From Octopus sinensis (Eukaryota), in assembly GCF_006345805.1 (NCBI RefSeq), contig NC_043001.1, forward strand, positions 82,026,001 through 82,090,000: a stretch of DNA of 64,000 nt, written 5' to 3'. The stretch's first letter is position 1; each line of letters begins with the position of its first letter. The translations under genes were made by a program, and so were the position numbers. The notes below the pieces were generated by a model. The model saw only the letters and a list, made by a program, of their open reading frames with translations, did not search any database and was not told the DNA's origin. Shown here piece after piece: positions 50,944-63,986 of the stretch.

Positions 50944-51111
50944 TCCTATATGTGATCAAATCAATGAGCCCCCTGATGTCGACTCTGCCTTCTCTCCGAT
51001 CAGGGTCGGTGAAAGAAGTACCAGTGATGCACTGATGTCGATGTTATCGGCTAGTCCCTTTTCCCCCCAAATTTCAGACCTTATGCCTACAGCAGAAAGG
51101 AGTATTATCAG
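50944..51111 (+). CDS. Candidate internal coding exon of an unidentified host gene (168 bp, phase 2-2)
   Basis: AACAG| acceptor, CAG|GTATAG donor, one open frame: PICDQINEPPDVDSAFSPIRVGERSTSDALMSMLSASPFSPQISDLMPTAERSII; not repeat-like. Confidence 0.4.
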
Positions 51112-51958
51112 GTATAGTGTAAAAATCAGTGAAAATTTAGGGATTCAGAGTAGATACAATCCCCAGCCCAGCTACGGCAAAATAACTACATTAGCTTTCT
51201 TTTATCCGTTACTTGTTTCACTCATTGGACTGCAACCATTCTGGAGCACCAACTTAGAGGGTTTCATTGGAAACATCGATACCAGTACTTCTTTTGCTTT
51301 GTTTTAAGCTAAGTACTTATTTTTTCATTTTTCAATTTCTTGTGCCGAACCGCTAAGTTACGCAATGCAATCAAACTGACATCAATTAAGAGGTGATGGG
51401 GGACACACAGACACACACACGCTGTGGGTTTCTTTCAGTTATCCGTCTACCAAGTCCACTCTCAAGGCCGAGGTCAGATTGGCTGTTCATCCCTCCTGGG
51501 TCGGTAAAGTGAAGTCCTAGCCTAGTACAAGTCGATGTACTCAAAGCTTCTGGCCTTCTAGCTTTTACTTTTATTGTTTTTACTGTCTTGTTTTGTTCTT
51601 ACTGCCCTGTTCTTGTTACCACTTTTACCCCTCCGCAAAAAGTCCCAAATTTTATTAAATTTACTTTGCGGGAAGGACTGTTTCAACGAAGCTACGTCTT
51701 GTCCTTACCTTCGTCACGCGGAGTAGACGAAACAGGGACAACTGAAGAAAAGGAATATTCCTTGTGTTGTATGTCTTGTACTCCGTTTTTTCGTTGTTTG
51801 AAAAAAGTCGGTTTCCATGTTTTTGTTTTTATGTTTTCTTTTCTCATTGTGTTCAAGGTTTTTTTGATGTCCTGTACCCATATATGCATGTATATATACA
51901 TATAGATGTAGGTATGTACATATGCATATATTTATATATTATTTATATTATATATATA

Positions 51959-52003
<45 letters not shown>

Positions 52004-52338
52004 TATAAAACGAAATGTCTATATTTCATTATCTTCATCTATATTTTTATCTATTCTCCATTATATTTATATGTGTATATATTCATTTGTCCTTGCATAT
52101 TTTTAACATCCATATACAATTTTATATTTCTATATCTATATTTTGAATTCTTTATATGTTTTAGACAATTCTTTTTATCAAATCCGTATATGTATACACC
52201 AATCGCAGTCTGCTTGAGTTGAACTTCTTCCTTGTATCTCTTGAACTTGTCTAGCGTCTCGGGTTTGACTCGAACGCTTCCATGCTTTCTATGATTTTTT
52301 GAAGAAAATTTATAATCATATGTATATATATATATATA

Positions 52339-52620
52339 TATATAATATTAATTAGAGACAAAACCACTATTTTGCAAAACAAACAAGGAAAGACTTAATC
52401 AATAATTAATAATTTTTTACTTTTTTTTACTTTTTTTTACTTTTTTTTACTTTTTATTAAAATTTTATGTATTGATTAAGTCTTTCCTTGTTTGTGTTGC
52501 AAAATAGTGGTTTTGTCTCTATTAATATTATATAATATTTTACTATAAAATTGGATTTAATCCTAAATCTGATTTTTCCCTGTAAATTGGATTTATTCCC
52601 TAATATTTATTATTATATAT
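52339..52620. mobile_element. Foldback element (about 65-bp inverted arms) with tail ...TTCCCTAATATTTATTAT next to (TA)n
   Basis: Arms 52339-52404 and 52470-52534; the tail recurs inverted at the window end (63978-64000). Confidence 0.75.
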
Positions 52621-53160
52621 ATATATATATTAAGTTAATACAAACATGAAAGCACAAAAAACACAACAACGCGAGGACGTGGAACAAGTATAGTGTTATT
52701 GGACGCTCAGGAAAGGAAAGAAAGAAGGAGGATTTAACGTTTCGAACGGAGCTCTTCGCCATTAACATAGAAAAAGGAAAGGTCAAAGGAAGGGAAGACG
52801 GAGAAAGAAAATCGCCAATGATATACACGCGGGGATCCGAATGTTGGAGGTTAGTGGCAGGTATAGTGCACAAAATCTGGACAGTGGACGATAAGGAACA
52901 ATAAAAATATACGAAAGTTACGCACTTTTTTCTCAGTTGCTACAATATGTGTGTGTGTGTGTGTGTGTGAGCTTGTATGCATGTACGCATGTATGACTGT
53001 AAATATGTTTGTACACACATACACATGCGTATCGAAATTGAAGAGTAGAAACGTGTTGTAATGATTAGTGAGTTTCTTAACAGTTATGTGTGTGTGTGTG
53101 TGTGTACATGTATGCATATGTACATTTATGCATAAGTGTATTATATATCTATATATATAA

Positions 53161-53237
<77 letters not shown>

Positions 53238-53312
53238 GTATATATATATATGTATATGTTATATACACACACACATATATGTCTGTTATTTCACATAGAT
53301 GTGTATGCACAC

Positions 53313-53349
<37 letters not shown>

Positions 53350-54609
53350 ACATTTGAATACTTACTTTTGAAGAAGACATGCTATATATACTATTATAAA
53401 TGAACTATTGAATAAATATAGATATAACCAATTCAACATACACCACACGTGAATCCACACCCCCATACACCCCATACACACATGCACTCATACATACACA
53501 TACAGACGCATACACGGAACGTGCGTTCATTGAAACTCCGCGCCATATTGAACTGAAATATGAATGAGAAAGAAATTTAATATGGCGTTAGTTCCATTGA
53601 CCTAGTCTCTTTACATCTTTCCTTACATTCATTGACCACGTACGCTTGGTCCTTCATTTAGTTTATCTTTTGTTATATTTGTAGCATCACATCCGTACCA
53701 TCCACCCTGCAAACACATGCATACCTATATACACATCGCGAATACGTTTTTATAGATACGCATGTATATGTATTATGTGTGCGTGTGCTTGTGTGTGTGT
53801 GCGCGCGTGCGAGTATGTATGTGTATGTGTGTATACATGTGTATCTGAATGTGTGTGTGTGTGTGTATATATATATATTGCACAAAATTCTATGGATTGC
53901 TTTCAAACATCGGCAATATAGCTCGATAGAGTTATACAGGGCAGAATTGTATTATATATATATATATACATACATTAAATATATATATATCTATATATAT
54001 ATATATATATTATTATATAAACATATAAATATTTATATATATATACATACATACATTAAATACATATATATATATATATGTATACATGTGTGTTAGTGTC
54101 TATTCGTGTGTGTGAGAGTATATATATATTATATATAATATTATACACACATACATACATTAGATATATATATATATATATTTACGTATGTATATATGTA
54201 TGTATACATGTGTATATGTGTGAGTGAGTTTTAGTGTCTAATCATGTGTGTGTGTGTGTGTATGTACGTATATCTATCTTAATTAATCTCTCTCTATATA
54301 CGTAATACATACATTTATACACACACACATACACTCACACACACACGCATAAATGCGTAAGTTGGTCTATATAGATTTGCATGCACACATCCGAATACAT
54401 GAACTATAAACGTCGTCTACCCTCTCTCTCTCTCTCGCCCCTCTTTTTCTTTCACTTTCTCTCTCACTCGATGCTGGAATGACTGACTGTTCACTAAAAA
54501 GAAATTAATAATTCTTCAAGGAGGTAAGCGGCTCAGTAACCTGCTGCGCCTGACAGATCACAGCCACTTGAACGGTTTATATACTATTAGTATAGAGAGG
54601 GAGAGAGCA

Positions 54610-54669
<60 letters not shown>

Positions 54670-54839
54670 GTACAGAGAGAAAGTATGAGAGGTAGAGAGA
54701 GAGAGTGGTGTAGGTGGAGAGATGAAGATGAGCATTATAAGTGCTGAATATACGTAGATGTGATGAGAGGAGATGAAACTTCGTTAACAAACAAATACAG
54801 TATCCATTACTCCACGCGGCTCTTGACTTAGCTGGGTTT

Positions 54840-55500
54840 GTGTATGTATGTATGTATGTATGTATGTATGTATGCATGTAATCATGTATGTATGTATGTA
54901 ATGTATGTATGTATGTATGTATGTATGCATGCATGCATCATGTGAGTATTATGTATGTATGCATGCATTGCATGCATGTATGTATGTATGGATGTATGGT
55001 ATGTATGTATGTATGTATGTATGTATGTATGCATGTATGTATGTATGCGTGCGCGAGAGTCTGTGTACGTATGTATATATATGCATGTATGCATGTATGT
55101 ATGTATGTATGTATGTATGTATGTATGTATGTATGCATGCATGCATGCATGTATGTATGTATGTATGTATGTATGTATGTATGTATGCATGTATGTATGT
55201 ATGCGTGCGCGAGAGTCTGTGTGTACGTATGTATATATATGCAGGTATGTATGTATGTATGTATGTATGTATGTATGTATGTATGTATGTATGTATGTGT
55301 GTATGTATGCATGTGTGTATGCATGTCTGTATACTTGTTTGTATGTATGCATGTATGTATGTGTAAGAACGTATATATGTGTGTGCGTGCGCGAGTGTCT
55401 GTGTGTACGTATGTATGTATATGCAGGTATGTATGTATATATGCCTGTATGCATGTATGTATGTGTGTATGCATGTTTGTATGTTTGTTTGCATGTTTGT
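54840..55500. repeat. (TATG)n array with a thrice-repeated GCGTGCGCGAG(A)GT landmark
   Basis: Direct observation. Confidence 0.9.
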
Positions 55501-56131
55501 ATCTTTCATCTTTTACTTGTTCCGATCATTAGAGTACGGTCAAGCTGGGGCACCGCCTGAAGAATTTTTAGGCGAATGAATCGACCCCCCCAGTATTTTT
55601 TAAACATGGTACTTATTCTATCGAAGGGCAAAGTTACCTGGATGTAAACACACCAATAGCGGTTACCAAGCGGTAGTGAGGCACAAACACAGAATGCACA
55701 CACACGCACGCACGCACACACACAAACACATACACACACACACACATACACATACGACGAGCATCTTCCAATCTCCGTGGACCAAATCCACTTACAAGGT
55801 TTTAGACGACCTGAGGCTATGGCAGTCCGCTTATATGTAAGTATGTATGCATGAATGTATGCGTACAAAATCGTTCTTCATTTGTTATGCAACTTCGTTT
55901 GTGTGCAACGCGTGTGCAATAGTTGTTCTCTACCTTCTTCTTTCAGTTCTTTTTCCAGTTCTGAATTTTCTGGTACTTCCTCCCCCTCTCCCTCCCCCTC
56001 CCCCTCCTCGTTCCCTACCCCTGTTGGTGCGGCAACTGGAGTAATGCGGATCGTGTGTGAAAGTAAGGGTACCCAAAAGAATCAGTGATTTACTCCCATC
56101 CCACTCCATCTAGTTCTGCTCTCTATAGAAG

Positions 56132-56280
56132 TAGGAGTGGCTGTGTGGTAAGTAGCTTGCTTACCAACCACTTGGTTCCGGGTTCAGTCCCACTGTGTGG
56201 CACCTTGGGCAAGTGTCTACTACTATAGCCTCGGGCCGACCAAAGCCTTCTGAGTGGATTTGGTAGATGGAAACTGAAAA
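56132..56280 (+). mobile_element. SINE-A 5' half
   Basis: Head and body present up to GGAAACTGAAA. Confidence 0.88.
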
Positions 56281-56368
56281 TAGGGTAATAATAATAAATT
56301 ATTATTACCAGTGGCCTAGCACAAAAAACGAATTAGTCATTAGACTATATATTATTCATATAGAAATA

Positions 56369-56710
56369 CAATAAGAGGCTTCCAAATAGGAAAGCGTTGT
56401 GCTAGAACACAAAAATGTTTTTACCGGCATCCTCTCTGTCGCCGGGTAAAATTTGCGTCTGCTCAGAGGTTTGAAAAGTTAGGATTTACAAACCGTTAGA
56501 TCTACATGTGGATCTGTACGTCAGGATTATGAAGGCTGTCCCACTGAAGAAACTTGCCTTCAGCAAATATTTTTTTGCTGGAAATAGTTAGAAACCGTCG
56601 GTCTGGGATATAGTTGAGATGGTAAATGTTTTTAATTTTCATTCCTTTCGTGAATTTATCCCTTTTTTGTGTTCTAGCACAACGCTTTCCTATTTGGAAG
56701 CCTCTTATTG
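56369..56710. mobile_element. 342-bp MITE with perfect 47-bp TIRs and TA TSD (Tc1/mariner-type)
   Basis: TA|CAATAAGAGGCTTCCAAATAGGAAAGCGTTGTGCTAGAACACAAAAA ... exact reverse complement |TA. Confidence 0.9.
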
Positions 56711-57869
56711 TATATATATATATATATACGAAAGAAGGTTTGAAAATGCAATTTAAAGGATGTTTATTTACTTTACCGGTTTCACTCTTTGGAAAAAGAT
56801 TATCAAAAGTAACATGTAGAAGTTTGGTTGCGTTAATTATTGGTTGTTGCAAATTGCTACATTGCATATATACAGTCTTTGGTAACAGGGACATGTTAAG
56901 GACATAAAAAAGTTCAACAAGTTCCTTAAAATATTGGGCACAAAAGATTACATAAATAACGTTCTCAAGGACATACTTAAGATAGTTTCCAGAAGGAATT
57001 GATATGGTATTTGCATCTGTATATTCAAACATGCACAGAATATTGGTTGACACAGAGTACTATAATCCATATAAATATACATTCTTTAGTGACAACAGTA
57101 TGTTGAGAATATAAAAAAGTTTAACAAGCTCATTGAAAATGGGCAGAAAAAGATAACAAATATATTATACATCTCAAGGTAATTTCCAGGAGGAATGTGT
57201 GTGTGTGTGTATGTATGTATGTGTGTGGATGGCATTTGGCATGGTGCTGCGTGTGTATATGTGTGTCTGTATGGAGGTGAGATTGGTGTGAGTGGTGTGT
57301 CCTTGTGTGTGTGCAATATAGTATACATATGTTTGTGGGTGTGTGTGTGGGGGGGTTGTTTTGATTGTTCCAGGGTGGTGTTGTAAATAGATGTGTGTTG
57401 TTTATATATATATAAGTACTAGGCTTACAAAGAATAAGTCCTGGGGCCGATTTGCTCGACTAAAGGCGGTGTTCCAGCATGGCCACAGTCAAATGACAGA
57501 AACAAGTAAAAGAGTAAAAGAGTATATACTCATATTCTGACCTCTCACCACCATTGCCCAAGAAAGCCCCAGTGCTTCGAGGTGATGTTATACTTTCTGT
57601 CCCGAAACGGACCCAAACATTTTACGAAACACAAAGGTTATTCGACACGATGTAAGCAACTGAAACAGCATTAAATTAAAGTCGTTCTGACCATGGCCAT
57701 CCCCTCTTTTAAACTGAGTATGTAGGTAATCCGTGATCGCATTACACTGTAAAGATAGTGCGGTGTGATTTGAAGGAGATCTGAATGCGAATTCAAGCAA
57801 AGCGAACCACCAGGTTGCGGGATGCTTCGTTCAATTCCGTCGTGTTGTACTGATATTCTGTCATTCAAA

Positions 57870-57873
57870 CACC

Positions 57874-57918
<45 letters not shown>

Positions 57919-57937
57919 TATCATCATTATCATCATT

Positions 57938-58005
<68 letters not shown>

Positions 58006-58023
58006 TATCATCATTATCATCAT

Positions 58024-58099
<76 letters not shown>

Positions 58100-58941
58100 G
58101 TAGGAGCAGCAGCAGTAGTGGTTAAGGATTTCTGGAATTTGTTACTACTGCTTGCACCAACACCACCATCAACATCAACATCACCACCAATACCACAAGC
58201 GCTATGACAACGACAACCACCACGACAAAAACAGGCAGCAGCAGCAGTAGCAGCACCACTACCACTACCACCACCACCACCACCACCGTTCTCCTACCAC
58301 TAGCATCATCATCATCAACATCATCACTTATCATTATCACCAGCACCACTATTACCGACCACCGTCACACAACAGCTAACCCAGCACCGCCGCCGCCACC
58401 ATTACCATCACCACCACCATCACCATCACCACCATCATCACCACTACCACCACCACCACCAACACCAACACCACCATCACCACCATCATCACCATCACCA
58501 CCACCACCAAACCCCACACGCCGCCGACACCACTACCACAACCACCACTACCACCACCACCGCCACCATCATCACCGCCGCCGCCGCCCCACCACCACCA
58601 CCACCACCGCCACCACCGCCACCACCACCACCAACAACAACAAAAACAGCAACAGCCACATAGAGCATCAATGGTGTCAGAACTATCACTAGCCCCACCA
58701 CATCCATCACCCGCACAGCTACACCCACCTCTACCACCACCACCATACCACCGCCACCACCACAGGTACCACCACGAGTACCACCATCGCTTTCATCCCT
58801 ACCACCCCCCACGGCCAGCACCACCACGCCAGCATCACCATCATGACCACCACCACCACCACCACCACCGCTACCAGCGCAACAGTAAACATAACTCTCA
58901 CCACCACCATCACCACCACCATCACCACCACCAACACAACT

Positions 58942-58974
<33 letters not shown>

Positions 58975-59050
58975 GCAGCCACCTCCAGCGTCGACGGTGC
59001 CACAACTATCACTAGCATCACCACATCCACCATCACCGCCGCCGCCCCAA
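57870..59050. repeat. (CAT)n/(CAC)n/(AAC)n trinucleotide mosaic
   Basis: Direct observation. Confidence 0.95.
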
Positions 59051-59221
59051 CGGAACCAGTCCATCAATAAATGAACACTTTGACACCCCAGGAAATATTC
59101 GGTGCATTCGCATGAAATCATGCACATTTATTAATTGCAATTTTGGCAGAGAGATGTAGACACACCTACACACCAATTCACTCTTCTATAGTTCCACATA
59201 GTTTATATACATATACATACA

Positions 59222-59297
<76 letters not shown>

Positions 59298-59685
59298 ATA
59301 TTAATATATATTACACAATATACAATATATAAAACACAATGTGTGTATGTGTGTATATATATATGTATATATTTATATGTATACACACACACACACATAC
59401 AAGCATATACACTCAAACAACCATAGATGCGCGCATTACCACATGGCAATGAAAAACAGCTTCGCATGCTGTGTCGAGTAAATACCTGATACGTGCATAC
59501 ATTCCCACATATACGCACACATACGGATGCATAGATTCATACGCACATACATATACGTACACACATGCACGCATGCGTACACACACATACGTAAAGATTC
59601 TCCATTTGAGATTTTTGAAATCAACGTATGACATGCAATCACGTGACTTCATGTATCCTAAACGCATCCATAACGAATAACCACA

Positions 59686-59716
<31 letters not shown>

Positions 59717-60130
59717 CACCACACACACACACATATATATATTCACACATGTACAAAAAAGACATGCATACTTGTACCACGCATGCAAGTTGTTCACACA
59801 TAGACCTACGATTTCTTGGTAATCTCTTAGATTCGTGACCTCTACATTGCACCACACTTTGAAGGCTTTGCATTTACAATCGAAGAGCAGGAGATAGCAA
59901 GAAATTATCAAATAAACCAGAGGCAGTGAAGCCCTTGGAGACCCTAAGATGCAACAGAAGGCGTTGATTATATCATATTTCTGTGGAAGACATCATACGT
60001 ATGACCAGCAGCTGGTAAAAAGTAACATCAAGGCACTAAACTCCCAGTATAATATAACGTCGCTAAAACAATATACGATGCCACCTGAGAAAAGAAAAAA
60101 GAAAAAAACCCGGCTATCCTGGAATAAATA

Positions 60131-60668
60131 TAGGCGCAGGCGTGACTGTGTGGTAAAAAGCTTGCTTCCTAACCACATGGTTGCGGGTTTAGTCCCGCTG
60201 CATGTCCACTACTATAGCCTTAGGCCGACCAAAGCCTTGTGAGTGGATTTGGTAGACAGGAACTGAAAGCCCGTCGTATATATAAAACGATAAACGTCAC
60301 CCTTTTCAAGCCTAGCCAGGTTCATGGGCCCGGTTTACCGGTTTCTGTGGCGTATGTGTTCCCCCCAGCTGGACGGGGCGCCAGTCCATCGCAGCGTTAC
60401 TCAAGAAACAGGAAGAGAGAGTGAGAGAAAGTTGTGGCGAAAGAGTATGTCTGTGTTTGTCCCCCCCCCTCCACCGTTTCACAAGCGGTGTTGGTGTGCT
60501 TATGTCCCTATAACTTAGCGGTTAGGGAAAAGAGATCGATAGAATAAGTATCAGGCTTTAAAAAAATTAATACTGGGGTCGATACATTCGACTAGAAATC
60601 CGTCAAGGCGGTGCCCCAGTATGGCCGCAGTTCAATGACTGAAACACGTAAAACTAAAAGATAAAAAG
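60131..60668 (+). mobile_element. SINE-A carrying an inserted SINE-C-related segment (about 60295-60447, minus) at its central microsatellite
   Basis: SINE-A head 60131-60280 and tail 60448-60668; the insert ends GAGAGAAAGTTGTGGCGAAAGAGTA, matching 18700-18740 reversed. Confidence 0.75.
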
Positions 60669-60669
60669 A

Positions 60670-61080
60670 TTGAGAAATCCCTCATATAAGCATCAACACA
60701 AGGTATTTTTGAGGAACTGTCTCATCACAACGTCTCCCAAGCGTAAACATAATCCGAATATTGTTTGGGACAGGTAAGAAAAGTATGTACCGTCATAAAA
60801 GGCCAGTTGCCCTGCTGAGGTGAATATCTTGTCGAAAATCAAAAAGAAGGAGAATAACTATGGGCAACTGCTTCGAAATATCCGGTTTTTATACCCAGAT
60901 TATAAATTCATGTTTATATCCATAATAATTGCTGTACTTGGTTTCGTTCGTAAATGCCAGAGTGACAATCTCGATAAAGTAGGTGTTCTTCAGAAAAAGA
61001 AATCCACCGTCCAACTCGTACATTTGCAAATACTCTCTGTTCAAAATGTGACGTTGATTTTGCTATTTACGTTCCAATGA
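60670..61080 (+). pseudogene. Third RLE-type (R4/Dong-like) LINE 3' remnant
   Basis: KHNPNIV(PD-like)...SCPAEVNILSKIKKKENNYGQLLRNIRFLYPDYKFMFISIIIAVLGFV, homologous to 28820-29110. Confidence 0.7.
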
Positions 61081-61820
61081 CGTAGCGTTGAATCTTTATT
61101 TGAAGCCAGCTCCTTCCTTATAGAAAGACTTCGAATAATTAAGACAGAAGAAAACATACAGACATATACATGAATACATGCATACACACACTCATTTTGT
61201 AAAATGGTTTTCCATGTTGTGTACAAGTTTATCTATTATTTACAAGTTTCCAGATTTTCGGCAACCTGCCATCATTTAATTGTCTTATTTGTTCGTGTTA
61301 TTTACTGTTGAGTGCAAATCCCTAACTTCCTTATAAACAATGTAACGTGTTTTTTCCGGAAGCGGCATAAACTAAAAAAGATTGCGTGGATGTCCACCTC
61401 TTTGTACATGCATTATGAGGTCATCCACGATGAAACCAATGTTCTTCGAGTTGTATCCTAGCAACAGATAAAATTTGTTCTTGTGATTTATTTATTCACA
61501 CAGCAAAACCGAATTTTACTGGAAACGGTAGTTATTGAAAGCGAAAAGGTATTTTAGAAATACGAAGAGTATTCCTGAGTCAAATTGCATTATGGATATT
61601 TTGGATGTAAAAGCATCTCATCCCACTCCCCATGAAGCAGCCGATCAGAATAGCTAGCAGAATCATTAGCAACGCAGGACAAATCTCGGGGTATTTGGGT
61701 TCAATCCCTTTTCAGAGTACTTTGAGCAAGTGTCTTCCACTTCTGTTATAAACTCGGCCCGGCTAATGTCTTATGTGCGAGTAGATTCCATTGACAGAAA
61801 CTGAAAGAAGCCCGTCGTAT

Positions 61821-62220
61821 GTGGCTGTGTGGTAAGTAGCTTGCTTACCAGCCACATGGCTCCAGGTTCATTCCCACTGCGTGGCAGCTTGGGCAAGTGT
61901 CTTCTGCTATAGCTTCAGGCCGACCAAAGCCTTGTGAGTGGATTTGGTAGACGGAAACAGAAAGAAGCCCGTCGTATATATGTTTATATACGCATGTGTG
62001 AGTATATGTTTGTGTGTCTGTGTTTGTTCCCCAACATCGCTTGACAACCGATGGTGGTGTGTTTACGCCCCCCGTAACTTAGCGGTTCGGCAAAAGAGAC
62101 CGATAGAATAAGTACTTGGCCTCCAAAGAAGAAGTCCTGGGGGCGATTTGCTCGACTAAAAGCGGTGCTCCAGCATGGCCGCAGTCAAATGACTGAATCA
62201 AGTAAAAGAGATAAAAGAGA
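61821..62220 (+). mobile_element. SINE-A, full length, preceded by an older degraded copy (about 61680-61820)
   Basis: Colinear with the other copies. Confidence 0.9.
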
Positions 62221-62249
62221 CAAATATATAAAGGAAATTGAAAACGCAA

Positions 62250-62830
62250 ATCATAGGCAGTCAAACAGATTCCCGAACGTATAAATGAAGGTATTCAATG
62301 AATGAAACTGAAGCATATATATTTATACATATCAACATAAATTATGTATGTACAGGCGTAAAGATTCTCCAAGGGTATAAAGAATAAAACCAAACATACA
62401 TAAAAATATAGAAGAAATATAAAATAAGGAAGCTATCCTCATTGACAGACTAGGGCCCCAAATTAACAACAGGCTGGAGGTTGGCAATCAATATATTATT
62501 TAGCTACATCTGGATGCGTGTAGGTTCATTTTAGATGACATGCTCATGTATTATATATAAAACAAAAGAAACCGCACGAAAAAGTACATAACTTAGAAGC
62601 AACGCTGTGGGTGTGCCAACACAGACGAGCTTAAGACATAGCCGCTCTCACGCACTTCTCATGAGGAATTCCGGAAGGAACTTCGTGAGACAACTGCAGA
62701 GACGCTTCTGGGGGTAAAAAAATTCAGTAACCGTTGGAAACCGTTTATAGCAGTGACTCGATCAGTTCCTAACTATATCTGAAGAAGGAATTTTTGTATT
62801 CCAAAATATTATCATTATATCAGACTATGG
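62250..62830 (+). mobile_element. Probable Penelope-like element 3' remnant (GIY-YIG C-terminus + degenerate hammerhead)
   Basis: IG..Q.PERINE and KEAILIDRLGPQINNR resemble GIY-YIG motifs; CTGAAGA-A-GGAAT(loop)ATTCC-AAAA at 62779-62806. Confidence 0.5.
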
Positions 62831-63017
62831 ATAATTGAATTATGACTTATTATAATAGTCCACTCTGCATTGTTGTGCTATTCAAGACACATTATATTTT
62901 ATATAAAAATACATATAAAATTACTCAGTAATTTTTCTACTCTGTATTTTTTTTGCATTGGCTCCCTATGAGCACTCCGTAAATAGCCCATAAATTTCTA
63001 TACGTACTTAATATTAT

Positions 63018-63056
<39 letters not shown>

Positions 63057-63168
63057 GTGTTGTGTGTGTGTATATATATAAACATATGTATATATATTTA
63101 AATTTAATTTAAAATGAGGGTGAGAAATTAGATATTAATTTGATTTGAAGGTTCAGTAAAATTGTATT

Positions 63169-63773
63169 ATATACATATTAGAGGGAAACCACTATGTGGA
63201 GACCCATATGCTAGAAATAGATCCGCTATGGTCTTACCACTAAGAAATGTTCTCAAGAAAAATTTAGCAAAACAACCAAAGCGTAATCGAGCAAGACAAA
63301 AGAAAAAGCAATAAAAATATGGATTATTCACATACATGTTTCACTATTAACGTATTACGTAATTTACTTACGTAAATATCCGTAGATCATCGGTGTGACC
63401 GTCCAAATGAATATAATTTGCCGGACTGCATACTAGGACGTCCGCACAAAGTCAGATTTGCAAACAGTTCTACTCATTGCACTCGTGGTTACTATTTCAA
63501 ATGTCTCGTGCAGACGTCCTAGTATGCAGTTCTGCAAATTATATTAATTTGAGCGGTCACACCGATGATCTACGGACATTTACGTAATATGTTAATAGTG
63601 AAACACGTATGTGAATAATCCATATTTTTATTGCTTTTTCTTTTGTCTTGCTCGATTACGTTTTGGTTGTTTTGCTAAATTTTTCTTGAGAACATTTCTT
63701 AGTGGTAAGACCATAGCGGATCTATTTCTAGCATATGGGTCTCCACATAGTGGTTTCGCTCTAATATGTATAT
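63169..63773. mobile_element. 600-bp foldback element (about 270-bp inverted arms, 60-bp spacer) in TA-rich DNA
   Basis: Arm 63169-63447 is the near-exact reverse complement of 63508-63773, apart from a 13-nt insertion and scattered substitutions. Confidence 0.92.
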
Positions 63774-63778
63774 GTGTG

Positions 63779-63834
<56 letters not shown>

Positions 63835-63950
63835 TAAAAATTTATATATAAAGAACGTGAAAAACACGAAGGGACGAACACAGAAAACAGACAAGTCATT
63901 CGAAGCCTTCAATCTTCAGTCAGAAACCGAATCATCATGGCAAATTTCGG

Positions 63951-63986
<36 letters not shown>

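Noticed and set aside
56502-57053. 183-aa minus-strand ORF
   Set aside because: Runs across a MITE, a (TA)n tract and a repeat; chance ORF
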